Source: Solirubrobacterales bacterium (GTDB lineage Bacteria; Actinomycetota; Thermoleophilia; Solirubrobacterales; 70-9). Taken from it: 64,000 nucleotides of DNA. Below the pieces are notes generated by a model. It was given only the letters and a program-made list of their open reading frames with translations, searched no databases and had not been told where the DNA came from. Each line of letters begins with the position of its first letter. The first letter of the stretch is position 1. A program made the translations under genes and the position numbers. The DNA lies in assembly GCA_038206985.1 (NCBI GenBank), contig JBBRAH010000010.1:8908-72907 (forward strand), read 5' to 3'. Shown here one piece after another: positions 41,066 to 51,318 of the stretch.

Positions 41066-42709
41066 TCAGCCCGAGCAGGATCGGTCGCGGCCCAGGACGC
41101 CCGCGAGCGAGAACCGCGCCTCGACCCGGACCGTCTGCTCGTACCCGACCTCGCCCGGTCCGGGCCCCGCCGGCACGGTCACCCGGGTCATGTCCGGTCC
41201 AGGCCGCTCGATGCGCTCGACGCATGCGGACCCCTCGACGACCTCGAAGTACGGTGAATAGCCAAGCGCGAGTTCCACGGCAAGACCCTCGATGCGCACG
41301 GTGAATCCGTCCGGCTCGACCGCGAGCAGTTCGCCGGGACCCGAGACGAGCGCGCCGCCCGGCTCCTCGCCGTAGCGGTACAGGCGCCAGTGCTCACCGC
41401 TCCAGACCTGCTTGAGGCCGCTGACCCCAGAGTCGATCGTCTGCAGCTCGCTCTCGGCGAGGTAATCGGGATCGGCGTCGGAGACCGCGACGTAGGAGAC
41501 GCCATGTGACCGCAACCAGGATGCGTACGCATCCGGCTCGAGCACATCGGCGTCGAACAGGTCGAAGTCCTCCGACTCCAACTGCCGCAGCCAGCCGCGC
41601 GCGAGCGGGAAGCGCTCGGCGACGTGGACCGACTCCCAGCGGTTGCGTGTCGGTGGCACCTCGACACGGATCGGCTCCTCACCCGCGCGGCGTCCGAGCT
41701 CCTCCAGGAGCGGCGCGTAGTAGGCGGCCTCGGTCGAGGGATCGCCGGAGGCGGCTGCGATGTCGCGCACAGTCGCGGTCCACTGCCACCAGAGCAGCGG
41801 CAGGGCGACGATCGCGAGCAGTACCGGTCGGCGGCCGATAAGCAGGATGGCGAGCAGCGGTCCGGCGAAGGTTGCCCCGAGGCGGACGACGTTGCCCCCG
41901 AGCGGCGAATCGATCACAAGTGCGAGGACCGCGACCGCCAGATAGATGCCGGCTGCCCAGCGCAGGACGGGCTGCCCCGAGCCGGCCAGCACTCCGACGG
42001 CGAGCGCCGCGAGGGGAATCCAGACGAAGGCCGAGAAGGCGAAGGGCTGAAAGCCGTCAGTCGGGAACGCGAGCCCCATCAGCCCCAGGCCCAGCGCAGC
42101 GGCCGCGGCGGCGCTCGCCGCCGCCCGGTGCACGGACGGCCGCGCTTGCGTTGTGAGCCAGTCGGCGAGCACTGCGGCGCATGCGATCAGCAGGTAGAGG
42201 CCGGCGACCGGGCTTGCGGCGACCGTCACGAGGCCCCCTGCCGCAGCCCATCCGGAGCGGCGCCTCTGTACCGCCAGCACCGCCGCCAGTCCAACGGCCA
42301 GGCCGAGGGCGAAAGTGATGCGGCCGCCGTAGAGGGCGACCACCGAGGCAAAGCCGAACCAGATCACGCCCAGCCAGGCACGCTCACCGAATGCCCGCCG
42401 GGCAACTCGAGCGAAGAGCGCCGCGGAGGCAACCGCCGAAAGCGCCCCCACCAGAGCGGGCCCCAGCCAGGCCCCGAGCGGCGGATAGAGCAGGCTGTAA
42501 CCGGGGATCGCGTGGCCCGAGTACCAACCCGGGCTCCAGATCACCCAGCCTTCGCGATCCCACAGATCAGCGCGGAAAGTCTGCGCGGAGAGATCGAGCG
42601 TCTGCGGCTGCCAGAGGAGATAGATCGCGCTGAGAACGGCCGAGATCGCGACCGCGACCGCCCCTGGGTGGTCGCGCAGGGCGCCGGAAAAGCGGTGGAA
42701 CCAACGCAT
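41066..42709 (-). CDS. Polytopic membrane protein with a C-terminal soluble domain, GT-C-like architecture, function unknown
   Basis: About 300 aa of multiple TM segments are followed by YYAPLLEELGRRAGEEPIRVEVPPTRNRWESVHVAERFPLARGWLRQLE... Family not recognised. Confidence 0.7.
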   Translation of the reverse strand: MRWFHRFSGALRDHPGAVAVAISAVLSAIYLLWQPQTLDLSAQTFRADLWDREGWVIWSPGWYSGHAIPGYSLLYPPLGAWLGPALVGALSAVASAALFARVARRAFGERAWLGVIWFGFASVVALYGGRITFALGLAVGLAAVLAVQRRRSGWAAAGGLVTVAASPVAGLYLLIACAAVLADWLTTQARPSVHRAAASAAAAAALGLGLMGLAFPTDGFQPFAFSAFVWIPLAALAVGVLAGSGQPVLRWAAGIYLAVAVLALVIDSPLGGNVVRLGATFAGPLLAILLIGRRPVLLAIVALPLLWWQWTATVRDIAAASGDPSTEAAYYAPLLEELGRRAGEEPIRVEVPPTRNRWESVHVAERFPLARGWLRQLESEDFDLFDADVLEPDAYASWLRSHGVSYVAVSDADPDYLAESELQTIDSGVSGLKQVWSGEHWRLYRYGEEPGGALVSGPGELLAVEPDGFTVRIEGLAVELALGYSPYFEVVEGSACVERIERPGPDMTRVTVPAGPGPGEVGYEQTVRVEARFSLAGVLGRDRSCSG

Positions 42710-42739
42710 TCCGGGGCCTCCCGCGCCGGGCCGCGCGTT

Positions 42740-44314
42740 TCAGTCCTTGGCGTATTCGACGCGGATCTGCTTGCCCTTGAGCTTGGTGTCGTGAAGGCGC
42801 TCAAGGGCCCGGTCGGCGTGCTCTGAATCGAGGTCGATAAACGTGAACCGCTCGAGGATGCGGATGTCGAAGATTGACTCCTCCGGGATCACGGCGCCCT
42901 CGATCAGGGCGAACTCAATGTCCGCCTCCTCGATGCCGCTGCGGCTGCCCCGGTTGATGAACAGCTTGGTGTGGCCGCTCGAGCCGCCGGAATCGTCTCC
43001 GCCGCTCGATTCCCGCGAGCCGTTGCCGCCGGAGCCGTTGGAGCTCTCGGCGGGTGCCCGCTCCTCGCCGTGGTCGCGGTCCTCGAGATCATCCTCGCGG
43101 GCCACGCTGGCCTCGGCCTTCGGTTCCTTGGCCTGCTTACTCTGATCGACGTCCTTGGAGTGATCGCGGCGGCGTGGTCGCGGAGCGTGCTCGATCCGCT
43201 CGTCGGGACGTTCCCACTCGCCGATCGAGATCTTCAACTCGCGTTCGTACTGCTCGAGGTCGCCCTTCTGCTTCGGCGTTACGAGCGTGATCGCGCGACC
43301 AGTACGGCCGACGCGACCGGTACGGCCGATCCGGTGCACGTAGATCTCACTGTTGTTGGGCAGATCGAAGTTGATGACGTGGGTCACGTGCTCGATGTCG
43401 AGCCCGCGGGCGGCCACGTCAGTGGCAACCAGAAGCGGCGACTTGTGCTCCTTGAAGGAGATCATCACGCCGTCACGCTGGCCCTGGCTGAGATCGCCAT
43501 GCAGCGCTTTGACCTGGAAACCCTTGTCGCGGAGGCGCTTGTCGAGGCGCGAGGTGCCGATCTTGGTCCGGCAGAAGACGATCGCCTGCTCGGGCTCCTC
43601 CTCACGGAGGATCTCGATCAGCTTGTCGGTCTTCGACTTCTCATCGACCAGCACGTAGGCCTGCTCGATCGCATCGACCGTCAGCTTCTTCGGCGTGATC
43701 GAGATCGTCTCGGGGTTGTACATGTAGGTCTCGGCGAGGCGGGCGATCGGGGGTGGCATCGTGGCGCTGAAGAGCATGGTCTGGCGGCCGTTGGGGCACA
43801 TCCGCAGGATCTTCTCGACGTCCTCGATGAAACCGAGGTCGAGCATCTCGTCGGCCTCGTCGAGGACGACGTAGCGGGCCGAGTTGAGGTTCAGCGAACC
43901 GCGCCCGATCAGGTCCTTCATCCGGCCGACGGTGGCGACGACGACATGTGCGCCATAGCGGACCCGGGCCGCCTGTTCGCGGACCGAGGTCCCGCCGAAT
44001 ACGGCGACGACGTTGACCTCCATGTGCTCGGCATAGGAACGCAGGGCCTGGGTGACCTGGATGCAGAGCTCGCGGGTCGGCGTCAGAACGATCGCCTGGG
44101 TGGAGTCGTCTGTGGGGTCGAGGTGCTGCAGCAGCGGCAGACCGAAGGCAGCGGTCTTGCCGGTGCCCGTCTGGGCCTGGCCGATGATGTCCTGGCCGCC
44201 GAGGAGGACGGGGATCGCCTGCTCCTGGATCGGGGACGGCTCCTCGTAGCCGAGTTCGTCGAGGGCGGTGCAGATCTCATCTTTGAGACCGAGATCGCGG
44301 AAAGCATTGCTCAT
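42740..44314 (-). CDS. DEAD-box ATP-dependent RNA helicase with a Gly/Ser/Asp/Arg-rich linker and DbpA-like C-terminal RNA-binding domain
   Basis: ATG at 44314. The motifs are AQTGTGKT, PTRELC, DEAD, SAT and HRIGRTGRVGR. The C-terminus reads KLFINRGSRSGIEEADI...FIDLDSEHADRALERL. Confidence 0.95.
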   Translation of the reverse strand: MSNAFRDLGLKDEICTALDELGYEEPSPIQEQAIPVLLGGQDIIGQAQTGTGKTAAFGLPLLQHLDPTDDSTQAIVLTPTRELCIQVTQALRSYAEHMEVNVVAVFGGTSVREQAARVRYGAHVVVATVGRMKDLIGRGSLNLNSARYVVLDEADEMLDLGFIEDVEKILRMCPNGRQTMLFSATMPPPIARLAETYMYNPETISITPKKLTVDAIEQAYVLVDEKSKTDKLIEILREEEPEQAIVFCRTKIGTSRLDKRLRDKGFQVKALHGDLSQGQRDGVMISFKEHKSPLLVATDVAARGLDIEHVTHVINFDLPNNSEIYVHRIGRTGRVGRTGRAITLVTPKQKGDLEQYERELKISIGEWERPDERIEHAPRPRRRDHSKDVDQSKQAKEPKAEASVAREDDLEDRDHGEERAPAESSNGSGGNGSRESSGGDDSGGSSGHTKLFINRGSRSGIEEADIEFALIEGAVIPEESIFDIRILERFTFIDLDSEHADRALERLHDTKLKGKQIRVEYAKD

Positions 44315-44569
44315 GGGATGGGGTCCCTTCGTGGGCGTGGTGGGTCGGTGGGGCCCGAGAGGGGTTACGTCGCGCGAGCGACGCTCCGTCAGCTCCTGCC
44401 GTCGTCCGGGCAACGCAAGCCCTGCGAGACGATGGTGAGCGTGACCTCGAGCAACACGCAGGCTACAGGGCCGGACTCCTCACCGCGCCCGGCCTCGCTG
44501 CGCTGGCACTTTGTTCACTACCGCGAACTCCGATTAGGATAAATCTGCACGTAGCAACCAAGGGGACTC

Positions 44570-47500
44570 GTGAACTTGAGTACCGGGTCATTCGGAGTGG
44601 CCTTCAATCGGCCGTCGCGTTGGCTGAGGCGGGCCGCGACGACGCAGTTTCCGGACTGTGAGCTCATCGACGGAGACTTGCGCTTGCGGCTCCCCGACGC
44701 GGGCTCTGCCGTGCGGGCTGCGCTGGAGATGCGCAACTGGATCGGGGACGGCCCACCCGCGGGTGGCGGTATCGGCATCGCCCCCTCGCCGGATGGCGCG
44801 GAGGCCGCCGGCGGCCTCGCCGCCCTGGCCGGGCCCGGCGTGGTCCTCGCCGAAGCACAGGTGGTCAAAGCGGCCGACCAGCACTGGGTGGCGAGCCGCC
44901 CCCAAGACGGTCGTACCGCGGCTGAGCTCACCTGGCACGGTCCGGGTGAGCCGGCATCGGGCCTCGCCGCGCTGCCGGACCCGGTCACCTCCTCGATCGA
45001 GCGACCGTGGCCGCTGCTCGGGCGCGAGGAGGAGCTGGTCGAACTGGCGATGGGCTGGAGAGGCACCGCTGGTGGTGGTCTGCGCGTGCATCTGATCGCG
45101 GGCGAGCCCGGCGCCGGCAAGACGCGCCTGGCGGCCGAGGCCGGCCGGGAGGTGCGCCGGGCGGGAGGGCTGGTTCTGCACGCCGGTGCGGGAGGGCCCG
45201 GCTCCCCTCCCTACGCACCGTTCGCGGAGCTTGCGGGTCAGGTGATCGCACGTGAGGAGGCCGGCGCCGGGAGGTTGGCCGGATCCCGCTTTGGCCGCAT
45301 GCTCACCGGCGGCGGCTCCGAGCAGGTCCGTCGACCGTCCGGCGGTCTCGGAGACGAGCGGGCCGTGCTGTTCCGCTCCGTCGTCGAGGAGCTGGAGGCA
45401 CTGTCGGCACACGCGCCGATGCTGGTCATCTGCGAGGACCTCCATGCCTGGGGTACCGGCTCCCTGCTGCTGCTCGAGCACATCTGCCGGGTGCCGGTCC
45501 CGCTGAACCTGATGGTCCTCGGCACCTACCGACCGACCGCGCTCGATCCCGCGGGCGAACCGGCCGCGGCCGTCTCCCGCCTGCGTGAGCTTGGCGGCGC
45601 CCGGCACACCGAGCTCGGCGGCCTCGATCTTCGGGCCCTCCACGGGATCGCCGCCTTCTGTGGCGACTCGATCGACTCTGCCGACCTGCAGCGCGCGGCC
45701 GAGAGCACGCTCGCGGAGACGGCGGGCAACTCGCTGTTCGCCTGCGAGTTGCTGCGAGCCGGCCGGTTCGTGCCAGAAGCCTTCCTGGCCTCCGCGCCAA
45801 CGGCCGAGGCGCCCCCGTCCCTGCAGATGCTGATCGCCGCCCGCACGCACGCACTCGGCGAGCGCGCCTACGAACACCTGAGCGGCGGCGCCGTCGTCGG
45901 CCGCTCCTTCGATCCGGGAATCCTCGCCCTCGCGCTCGACGCGGACCCGACCGCGGTACATGAGTCACTCGAGCTCGGTGTGCGGGCGGGATTGGTCGTG
46001 CCGGAGGGCAACGGCCGCTTCACCTTCACCCACTCGATCGTCGCACGCAGCCTCTACCAGGAGGCGGGGCCCGGGTTCCGTGGCCGGGTCCACCGGAGGG
46101 TGGGAGTTGCCCTCGAAGAGCTCGACCCTGCAACGGTGCCCGTCGCCCAGCTCGCTCACCACTGGTCCGCGGCCGAGCCTGCCGACGCGGAGCGTGCCTC
46201 GCGCTATGCAGCGGACGCGGCCGAGCAGGCCCTCTTGAAGCTTGACCACCAGGAGGCCGCGGGCTGGTTCGAACGTGCTCTCGAGTTGCGACCCGGCAGC
46301 GCGGAGGAGCCGGCGGCGGAGCGCTGCGCCATGCTGACCGGGCTTGGCACCGCGCTCCGCTTCAGCGGCGATCCACGCTTTCGGGAGATCCTCCTCGAGG
46401 CCTCGAGACTGGCGGCGGAGACGGGCCAGCTCGACCAGCTCGTCGATGCTGCCCTGGCGAACAACCGCGGCTTCGTGAGCTCGATCGGGGAGCACGACCA
46501 GGAGCGTGTGGCGCTGCTCGAGCTCGCGCTCGAGCGGATCGATCCCAAGAGTCCGCAGCGCGCCCTGCTCCTCGCCCAGCTCGCCCTCGAGCTCACCTTC
46601 TTCGCGCACCATCGCGAGCGGCGGCGGGCGCTGGCCGATGACGCCCTGGCCGCCGCCCGTGCGGCCGGCGATGAGCTGATCCTCTCGCGCGTCCTGCTGC
46701 GCCGCCTGATTGCGTGCTGGAGTCCGGACGATGCGCGCCAGCGGATCTCCGACGCCGGAGAAAGCATCTCGATCTCCTCGCGCCTCGACGAACCGCTCGA
46801 CCTGTTTCACGGGCTGCACTGGCAGGGCGTCGCCCAGATCGAGGTCGGCGACGTCGAGGGCGCCGCCCGCAACCTGCTCGCGCAGACGAGGATCGCCGAG
46901 CGGCTGGGCGACAGCACCGCGCTCTGGCTGAGCGCCTGCGGGGAGTCGCTGCGGGTCGCGATGCGCGGCCGCCTGGAAGAGGCCGAGGCACTGGCCGGGG
47001 AGGGCCTCGAGCTGGGCCGGCAGGGAAGCCAGCCGGATGCCCTGGCCTTCTTCGCAAGCCAGATCGCGAGCATCCGCTGGCAGCAGGGCCGGCTCCCGGA
47101 GCTGCTGCCGATCCTCATCGAGGCCCTCGAAAATCACCCGGGGCTACCGGCCTTCCGCTCGCTGCTCGCCCTCGCCCATGCTTTGGCCGGGGAGCGGGAC
47201 GCGGGCCGCGCGGCGGTCGATGTCGATGCGGTGAGTCACTTCTCGGAGCTGCCAATCGATCCGGTCTGGCTGCCCGCGATCACCACCTACGCCCATGCCG
47301 TCGCCGAGCTCGAGCAGATCGAGCATGCGGAGCTCCTGTCGGACATGCTCGCGCCCTACGCCGGGCTCATCTCCTCGACCAGCGTCAGCCTCTGGGGCAC
47401 CGTGGACCACGCCCTGGGCCGCCTTGCCGCGTTGCGCGGTGACCACGCAGAGGCCGAGCTTCTGTTGGGCCGGGCCGTCAACGAGTACCGACGGATGTCG

Positions 47501-47929
47501 GCGCCCGTGTGGTGCGGGCACGGGCAGCTCGACCTCGTGCGAACCAGGATGCTCGGCGGCGCGCCCCCGCGGAGCCAGGACGACCTCCTCGCCGAGGTCC
47601 GCAACGCAGGCCGGCGCCATGGCGCCGGCCTGCTCCTCGTCACCTTCGACGAGCGCAGCCAGGAGCGCGAGGAGGACCGCCGAGCGGGACTCGATGCCGT
47701 CGAGCTCGCCGCGTCGCTCGGCATCACTGTCCGCCAGGCGGAGGTGGTCGGCCTGCTGGCGCGGGGCAAGACCAACGCGGCGATCGCCCGCGAGCTGGCG
47801 ATCAGCCCCAGCACTGTCAAGCGGCACCTGGAGAACGTGTTCGACCGGGTCGGCGTCCGGACCCGCGGGGAGCTCCTCGCCCAGTTGCTCGACCCCGAGG
47901 CCGAGGCAACGCGACCGACGAGCGCGTAG
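44570..47929 (+). CDS. Large ATP-binding LuxR-family regulator (STAND/LAL type: N-terminal domain, P-loop NTPase, TPR-like repeats, LuxR HTH)
   Basis: GTG start. Walker A is IAGEPGAGKTRL, Walker B is MLVICEDLHAWG, and a long helical repeat region follows. The C-terminal HTH reads LTVRQAEVVGLLARGKTNAAIARELAISPSTVKRHLENVF. Confidence 0.85.
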   Translation: MNLSTGSFGVAFNRPSRWLRRAATTQFPDCELIDGDLRLRLPDAGSAVRAALEMRNWIGDGPPAGGGIGIAPSPDGAEAAGGLAALAGPGVVLAEAQVVKAADQHWVASRPQDGRTAAELTWHGPGEPASGLAALPDPVTSSIERPWPLLGREEELVELAMGWRGTAGGGLRVHLIAGEPGAGKTRLAAEAGREVRRAGGLVLHAGAGGPGSPPYAPFAELAGQVIAREEAGAGRLAGSRFGRMLTGGGSEQVRRPSGGLGDERAVLFRSVVEELEALSAHAPMLVICEDLHAWGTGSLLLLEHICRVPVPLNLMVLGTYRPTALDPAGEPAAAVSRLRELGGARHTELGGLDLRALHGIAAFCGDSIDSADLQRAAESTLAETAGNSLFACELLRAGRFVPEAFLASAPTAEAPPSLQMLIAARTHALGERAYEHLSGGAVVGRSFDPGILALALDADPTAVHESLELGVRAGLVVPEGNGRFTFTHSIVARSLYQEAGPGFRGRVHRRVGVALEELDPATVPVAQLAHHWSAAEPADAERASRYAADAAEQALLKLDHQEAAGWFERALELRPGSAEEPAAERCAMLTGLGTALRFSGDPRFREILLEASRLAAETGQLDQLVDAALANNRGFVSSIGEHDQERVALLELALERIDPKSPQRALLLAQLALELTFFAHHRERRRALADDALAAARAAGDELILSRVLLRRLIACWSPDDARQRISDAGESISISSRLDEPLDLFHGLHWQGVAQIEVGDVEGAARNLLAQTRIAERLGDSTALWLSACGESLRVAMRGRLEEAEALAGEGLELGRQGSQPDALAFFASQIASIRWQQGRLPELLPILIEALENHPGLPAFRSLLALAHALAGERDAGRAAVDVDAVSHFSELPIDPVWLPAITTYAHAVAELEQIEHAELLSDMLAPYAGLISSTSVSLWGTVDHALGRLAALRGDHAEAELLLGRAVNEYRRMSAPVWCGHGQLDLVRTRMLGGAPPRSQDDLLAEVRNAGRRHGAGLLLVTFDERSQEREEDRRAGLDAVELAASLGITVRQAEVVGLLARGKTNAAIARELAISPSTVKRHLENVFDRVGVRTRGELLAQLLDPEAEATRPTSA

Positions 47930-47979
47930 CGGGCCACCCGGCTCCGGACCGCGCGCTCGTGTGCCAGAGTGCCGCGACG

Positions 47980-48909
47980 ATGTCACTCACAGTCGTAGGT
48001 TCAATCGCGTTCGATGCAGTCAAGACCCCTTTCGGGGAGCGGGAGAAGATGCTGGGCGGCTCCGCCGTCCACTTCGCGCTCGCTGCGAGTTTCTTCACCG
48101 ATGTCCGGGTGGTGGGCCCGGTCGGCGACGATTTCGGTCCCGATGAGTTCGCGGTGCTCGAGAGCCGTGGCATCGAGACCGGCGACATCCACCATGTCGC
48201 CGGTGGCGAGACCTTCTTCTGGCAGGGCCACTACGAACACGACCTCAACGTCGCTCATACCGACGACACTCAGCTCAACGTGTTCGCCGAGTTCGAGCCC
48301 GAGCTCTCGGAGGCGGGTCGCGCATCCGAGGTGCTCTTCCTCGGCAACATCCAGCCGGATCTGCAGCGCACGGTTCGCGCCGAGGCAAGCGGGGCCAAGT
48401 TCGTCGCCCTCGACTCGATGAACCTCTGGATCGAGACGGCCAAGGACTCGCTCGAGGCCGCGATCTCCGAAGTCGACTGTCTGCTGCTCAACGACGCCGA
48501 GCTGCGACAGCTCACCGGTGAGTCCAACCTCGCCCGTGCGGCGCGCGCGATCCGCGAGCTGGGGCCGGAGATCGTGGTCGCCAAGCGCGGCGAGTACGGT
48601 GCCGCTTTGTTCAGCGCAGCGGACTGCTTTGCGATCCCGGGCCTCCTGATCGAGGATGTCGCCGACCCGACGGGTGCGGGCGACAGCTTCGCAGGCGGCT
48701 TTCTGGGATATCTCGACTCCGCCGGCGCCGACGATCCCACCACCGAGGATCTCCGGCGCGCGATGGCCTTTGGCTCGGTGATGGCCTCCTTCAACGTCGA
48801 GAACTTCGGTACCGAGCGCGTCCGCGCCCTCGAGCACTCCGAGATCGACGAGCGCCTGGCCGAGTTCAAGGCCCTGACCCACTTCGACGAGAGCCCCGTC
48901 GCCGGCTGA
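47980..48909 (+). CDS. PfkB-family carbohydrate/nucleoside kinase
   Basis: ATG at 47980. It reads GGSAVHFALAASF and the C-terminal signature DPTGAGDSFAGGFL. Confidence 0.85.
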   Translation: MSLTVVGSIAFDAVKTPFGEREKMLGGSAVHFALAASFFTDVRVVGPVGDDFGPDEFAVLESRGIETGDIHHVAGGETFFWQGHYEHDLNVAHTDDTQLNVFAEFEPELSEAGRASEVLFLGNIQPDLQRTVRAEASGAKFVALDSMNLWIETAKDSLEAAISEVDCLLLNDAELRQLTGESNLARAARAIRELGPEIVVAKRGEYGAALFSAADCFAIPGLLIEDVADPTGAGDSFAGGFLGYLDSAGADDPTTEDLRRAMAFGSVMASFNVENFGTERVRALEHSEIDERLAEFKALTHFDESPVAG

Positions 48910-49046
48910 CAACTGCGGCGAGCGAGCCCTGTCGGGGCCTGCCGGGAGGCCGCCGGGGTGCCGGGAAGCCGGGATTGGGATACTGCCTCTTCCCGAAACT
49001 TCACATACGCGGCCACGAGACAGGCTTCGAGGAGGATCCCCGAGAT

Positions 49047-50405
49047 ATGAGCGAGACCAAGGACACGCTGTCGATCACCGACAACAGGACCGGCCAGAGC
49101 TACGAGGTCGACGTCACTGACGACACGATCAAGGCCATGGATCTGCGCCAGATCAAGGTCAACGAGGACGACTTCGGGATGATGACCTACGACCCCGCCT
49201 TCACCAACACGGCCGCCTGCCGCTCCGCGATCACCTACATCGATGGAGAGGCGGGCGTCCTCCAACACCGTGGCTACACGATCGAGGAGCTCTGCGAGCA
49301 CTCGACCTATCTCGAGGTGGCCTACCTGCTCATCTTCGGCGAGCTGCCGACCGATCCGCAGCTCGAGCGCTGGACCTACGACATCACCCACCACACGTTC
49401 GTCCACGAGGACATCAAGACGATGCTTGAGGGCTTCCGCTACGACGCGCACCCGATGGGGATGCTGCTCTCGACGGTCGGCGCGATGTCCACCTACTACC
49501 CGCAGGCGAACAAGATCGACAACGAGTTCGAGCGATACATGGCGGCGATCCGGCTGATCGCGAAGATGCCGACGCTGGCCGCGTTCTCCTACCGGCACAG
49601 CCTCGGCCTGCCGTACAACTACCCGGACAACGATCTCTCCTACTCCGGCAACTTCCTCGGGATGATGCGGAAGATGACCGAGCTCAAGTACGATCCGGAT
49701 CCGCGACTCGAGCGGGCCCTCGATGTCCTCTTCATCCTGCATGCCGATCACGAGCAGAACTGCTCGACGAGCGCAGTGCGCGCGGTCGGCTCCTCCCAGG
49801 TGGATCCCTACTCGTCGGTAGCGGCCGGAGTGGCCGCCCTGTACGGGCCGCTGCACGGCGGCGCCAACGAGGCGGTTCTGCGGATGCTGCGCCGGATCGA
49901 AAAGGTCGAGAACATTCCGGACTTCCTCGAGGGCGTCAAGAATCGCGAGGAGAAGCTGATGGGCTTCGGCCACCGGGTCTACAAGAACTACGACCCGCGG
50001 GCGCGGATCATCAAAAAGCACGTCGACGAGGTACTCGACGTGGTCGGGCTCGATAACCCGCTCGTCAAGATCGCCGCCGAACTGGAGAAGCAGGCGCTCG
50101 ACGACGAGTTCTTCACCGAACGCAAGCTCTACCCGAACGTCGACTTCTACTCGGGCCTCATCTACGAGGCGCTCGGCATCCCGAACGAGATGTTCACGGT
50201 GATCTTCGCGATCCCGCGGACCGCCGGCTGGATCGCCCAATGGATGGAGATGAACGGCGACAGCGAGCAGAAGATCGCCCGGCCGCGCCAGATCTACACC
50301 GGTGCCCGCGACCTCGAGTACGTGCAGATGGCGGACCGTGAGGGCGAGGATAAGATCGTCGGCCCGCCGGCCAGGCGGCCCATCAAGAGTCGCCGCGGCG
50401 CCTAG
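49047..50405 (+). CDS. gltA: Citrate synthase (type II/hexameric GltA-like)
   Basis: ATG at 49047. It reads ILHADHEQNCSTSAVR, LYGPLHGGANEAV and GFGHRVYKNYDPRA. Confidence 0.95.
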   Translation: MSETKDTLSITDNRTGQSYEVDVTDDTIKAMDLRQIKVNEDDFGMMTYDPAFTNTAACRSAITYIDGEAGVLQHRGYTIEELCEHSTYLEVAYLLIFGELPTDPQLERWTYDITHHTFVHEDIKTMLEGFRYDAHPMGMLLSTVGAMSTYYPQANKIDNEFERYMAAIRLIAKMPTLAAFSYRHSLGLPYNYPDNDLSYSGNFLGMMRKMTELKYDPDPRLERALDVLFILHADHEQNCSTSAVRAVGSSQVDPYSSVAAGVAALYGPLHGGANEAVLRMLRRIEKVENIPDFLEGVKNREEKLMGFGHRVYKNYDPRARIIKKHVDEVLDVVGLDNPLVKIAAELEKQALDDEFFTERKLYPNVDFYSGLIYEALGIPNEMFTVIFAIPRTAGWIAQWMEMNGDSEQKIARPRQIYTGARDLEYVQMADREGEDKIVGPPARRPIKSRRGA

Positions 50406-50429
50406 CCTCCCGGGCTCGTCAGGGAATGT

Positions 50430-50918
50430 CTAAGGGGTGCGGGCTATTGCGTTTGCGAGGGCAGCGCAGTCTTCTAGGTTGAGTCGCAGGGCCAGGGCTC
50501 CGGTGGACTCGTCGACCTGAGCCTGTAGGCCCGCGGTGTCCTGGTCGGCTGCGGCTTCGTCGCGGATCCGCCTGAGTAGCGCGACATCACCCTTCAGATC
50601 CTCGAGGTAGGCGGCGACATCCTCCTCCTGCTCCGGAGGCCGGGGGGTCGCCAGGATCCCGTCGTAGACCCGGTCGAGGATCTCGGCTCGGGACTGGGCG
50701 TCGACGGCAATCTCGCTGGTGTCCGCAGGCAGCGGCAGGGCGACCGCCTCCTGAACCCCGTCCGAGCAGCTGCGGCTCGCCTCGGCCATGAAGACCTCCG
50801 CGGCGGAGGGCGGAGGGCCGGCGGCCGGCGGGTCGTCGTCGCCGCATCCGGCAACGGCCAGCAGCCCGGCGCAAAAAGCTCCCGCCAGGGCGATGCGAGG
50901 TCTCGGTCGGCGGATCAC
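50430..50918 (-). CDS. Hypothetical lipoprotein
   Basis: There is a signal peptide plus lipobox (LLAVAGCG). The remainder is acidic with no recognisable family. Confidence 0.6.
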   Translation of the reverse strand: MIRRPRPRIALAGAFCAGLLAVAGCGDDDPPAAGPPPSAAEVFMAEASRSCSDGVQEAVALPLPADTSEIAVDAQSRAEILDRVYDGILATPRPPEQEEDVAAYLEDLKGDVALLRRIRDEAAADQDTAGLQAQVDESTGALALRLNLEDCAALANAIARTP

Positions 50919-50969
50919 GGCCCGCCAACCTACAGGTAGCCTCGCCCTGACGACCGCCGATTAACACCC

Positions 50970-51314
50970 ATGACCAGATTCACCCTCACAGTTCGCAACG
51001 GACCAGCCGTGAGCCGGGAGCGCTTCGAACGGCTCGACGAGGCGATCGTGGCGCTGCGCGCGCATGTGACCTCGATCCGCGAGGAAGGCACCCTGCCGGA
51101 GGTGAGCGCGCTACGCACGTTCGAACCCGGTGACCGCGTCAAAGCGCGCCTGGAGCTCTCTGCCGGCCGTATCTTCCGGCGCCGGGAGGCGGGCTTGGAT
51201 CTGATGGGTGACGGCAACATCGTCGCCTACAGCGGCGGTGCGTTCAAGCGGCCCCTGGAACCCGACTCGGGTGAGGATGCCTACGACGCGATCGCCAACA
51301 CGTTGCGAGAATAG
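50970..51314 (+). CDS. Hypothetical protein
   Basis: A 114-aa ORF with good GC3 and no recognised motif. Confidence 0.45.
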   Translation: MTRFTLTVRNGPAVSRERFERLDEAIVALRAHVTSIREEGTLPEVSALRTFEPGDRVKARLELSAGRIFRRREAGLDLMGDGNIVAYSGGAFKRPLEPDSGEDAYDAIANTLRE

Positions 51315-51318
51315 GCCA

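Noticed and set aside
44315-44569. Possible riboswitch or structured leader in the 255-nt spacer between the DEAD-box helicase and the LuxR regulator
   Set aside because: I recognised no conserved riboswitch core. Long leaders are common for cold-shock-type helicases, but I cannot support a specific RNA element from sequence alone.
48270-50240. 656-aa minus-strand ORF
   Set aside because: It spans and is antisense to both the PfkB kinase and citrate synthase genes, so it is a shadow ORF.
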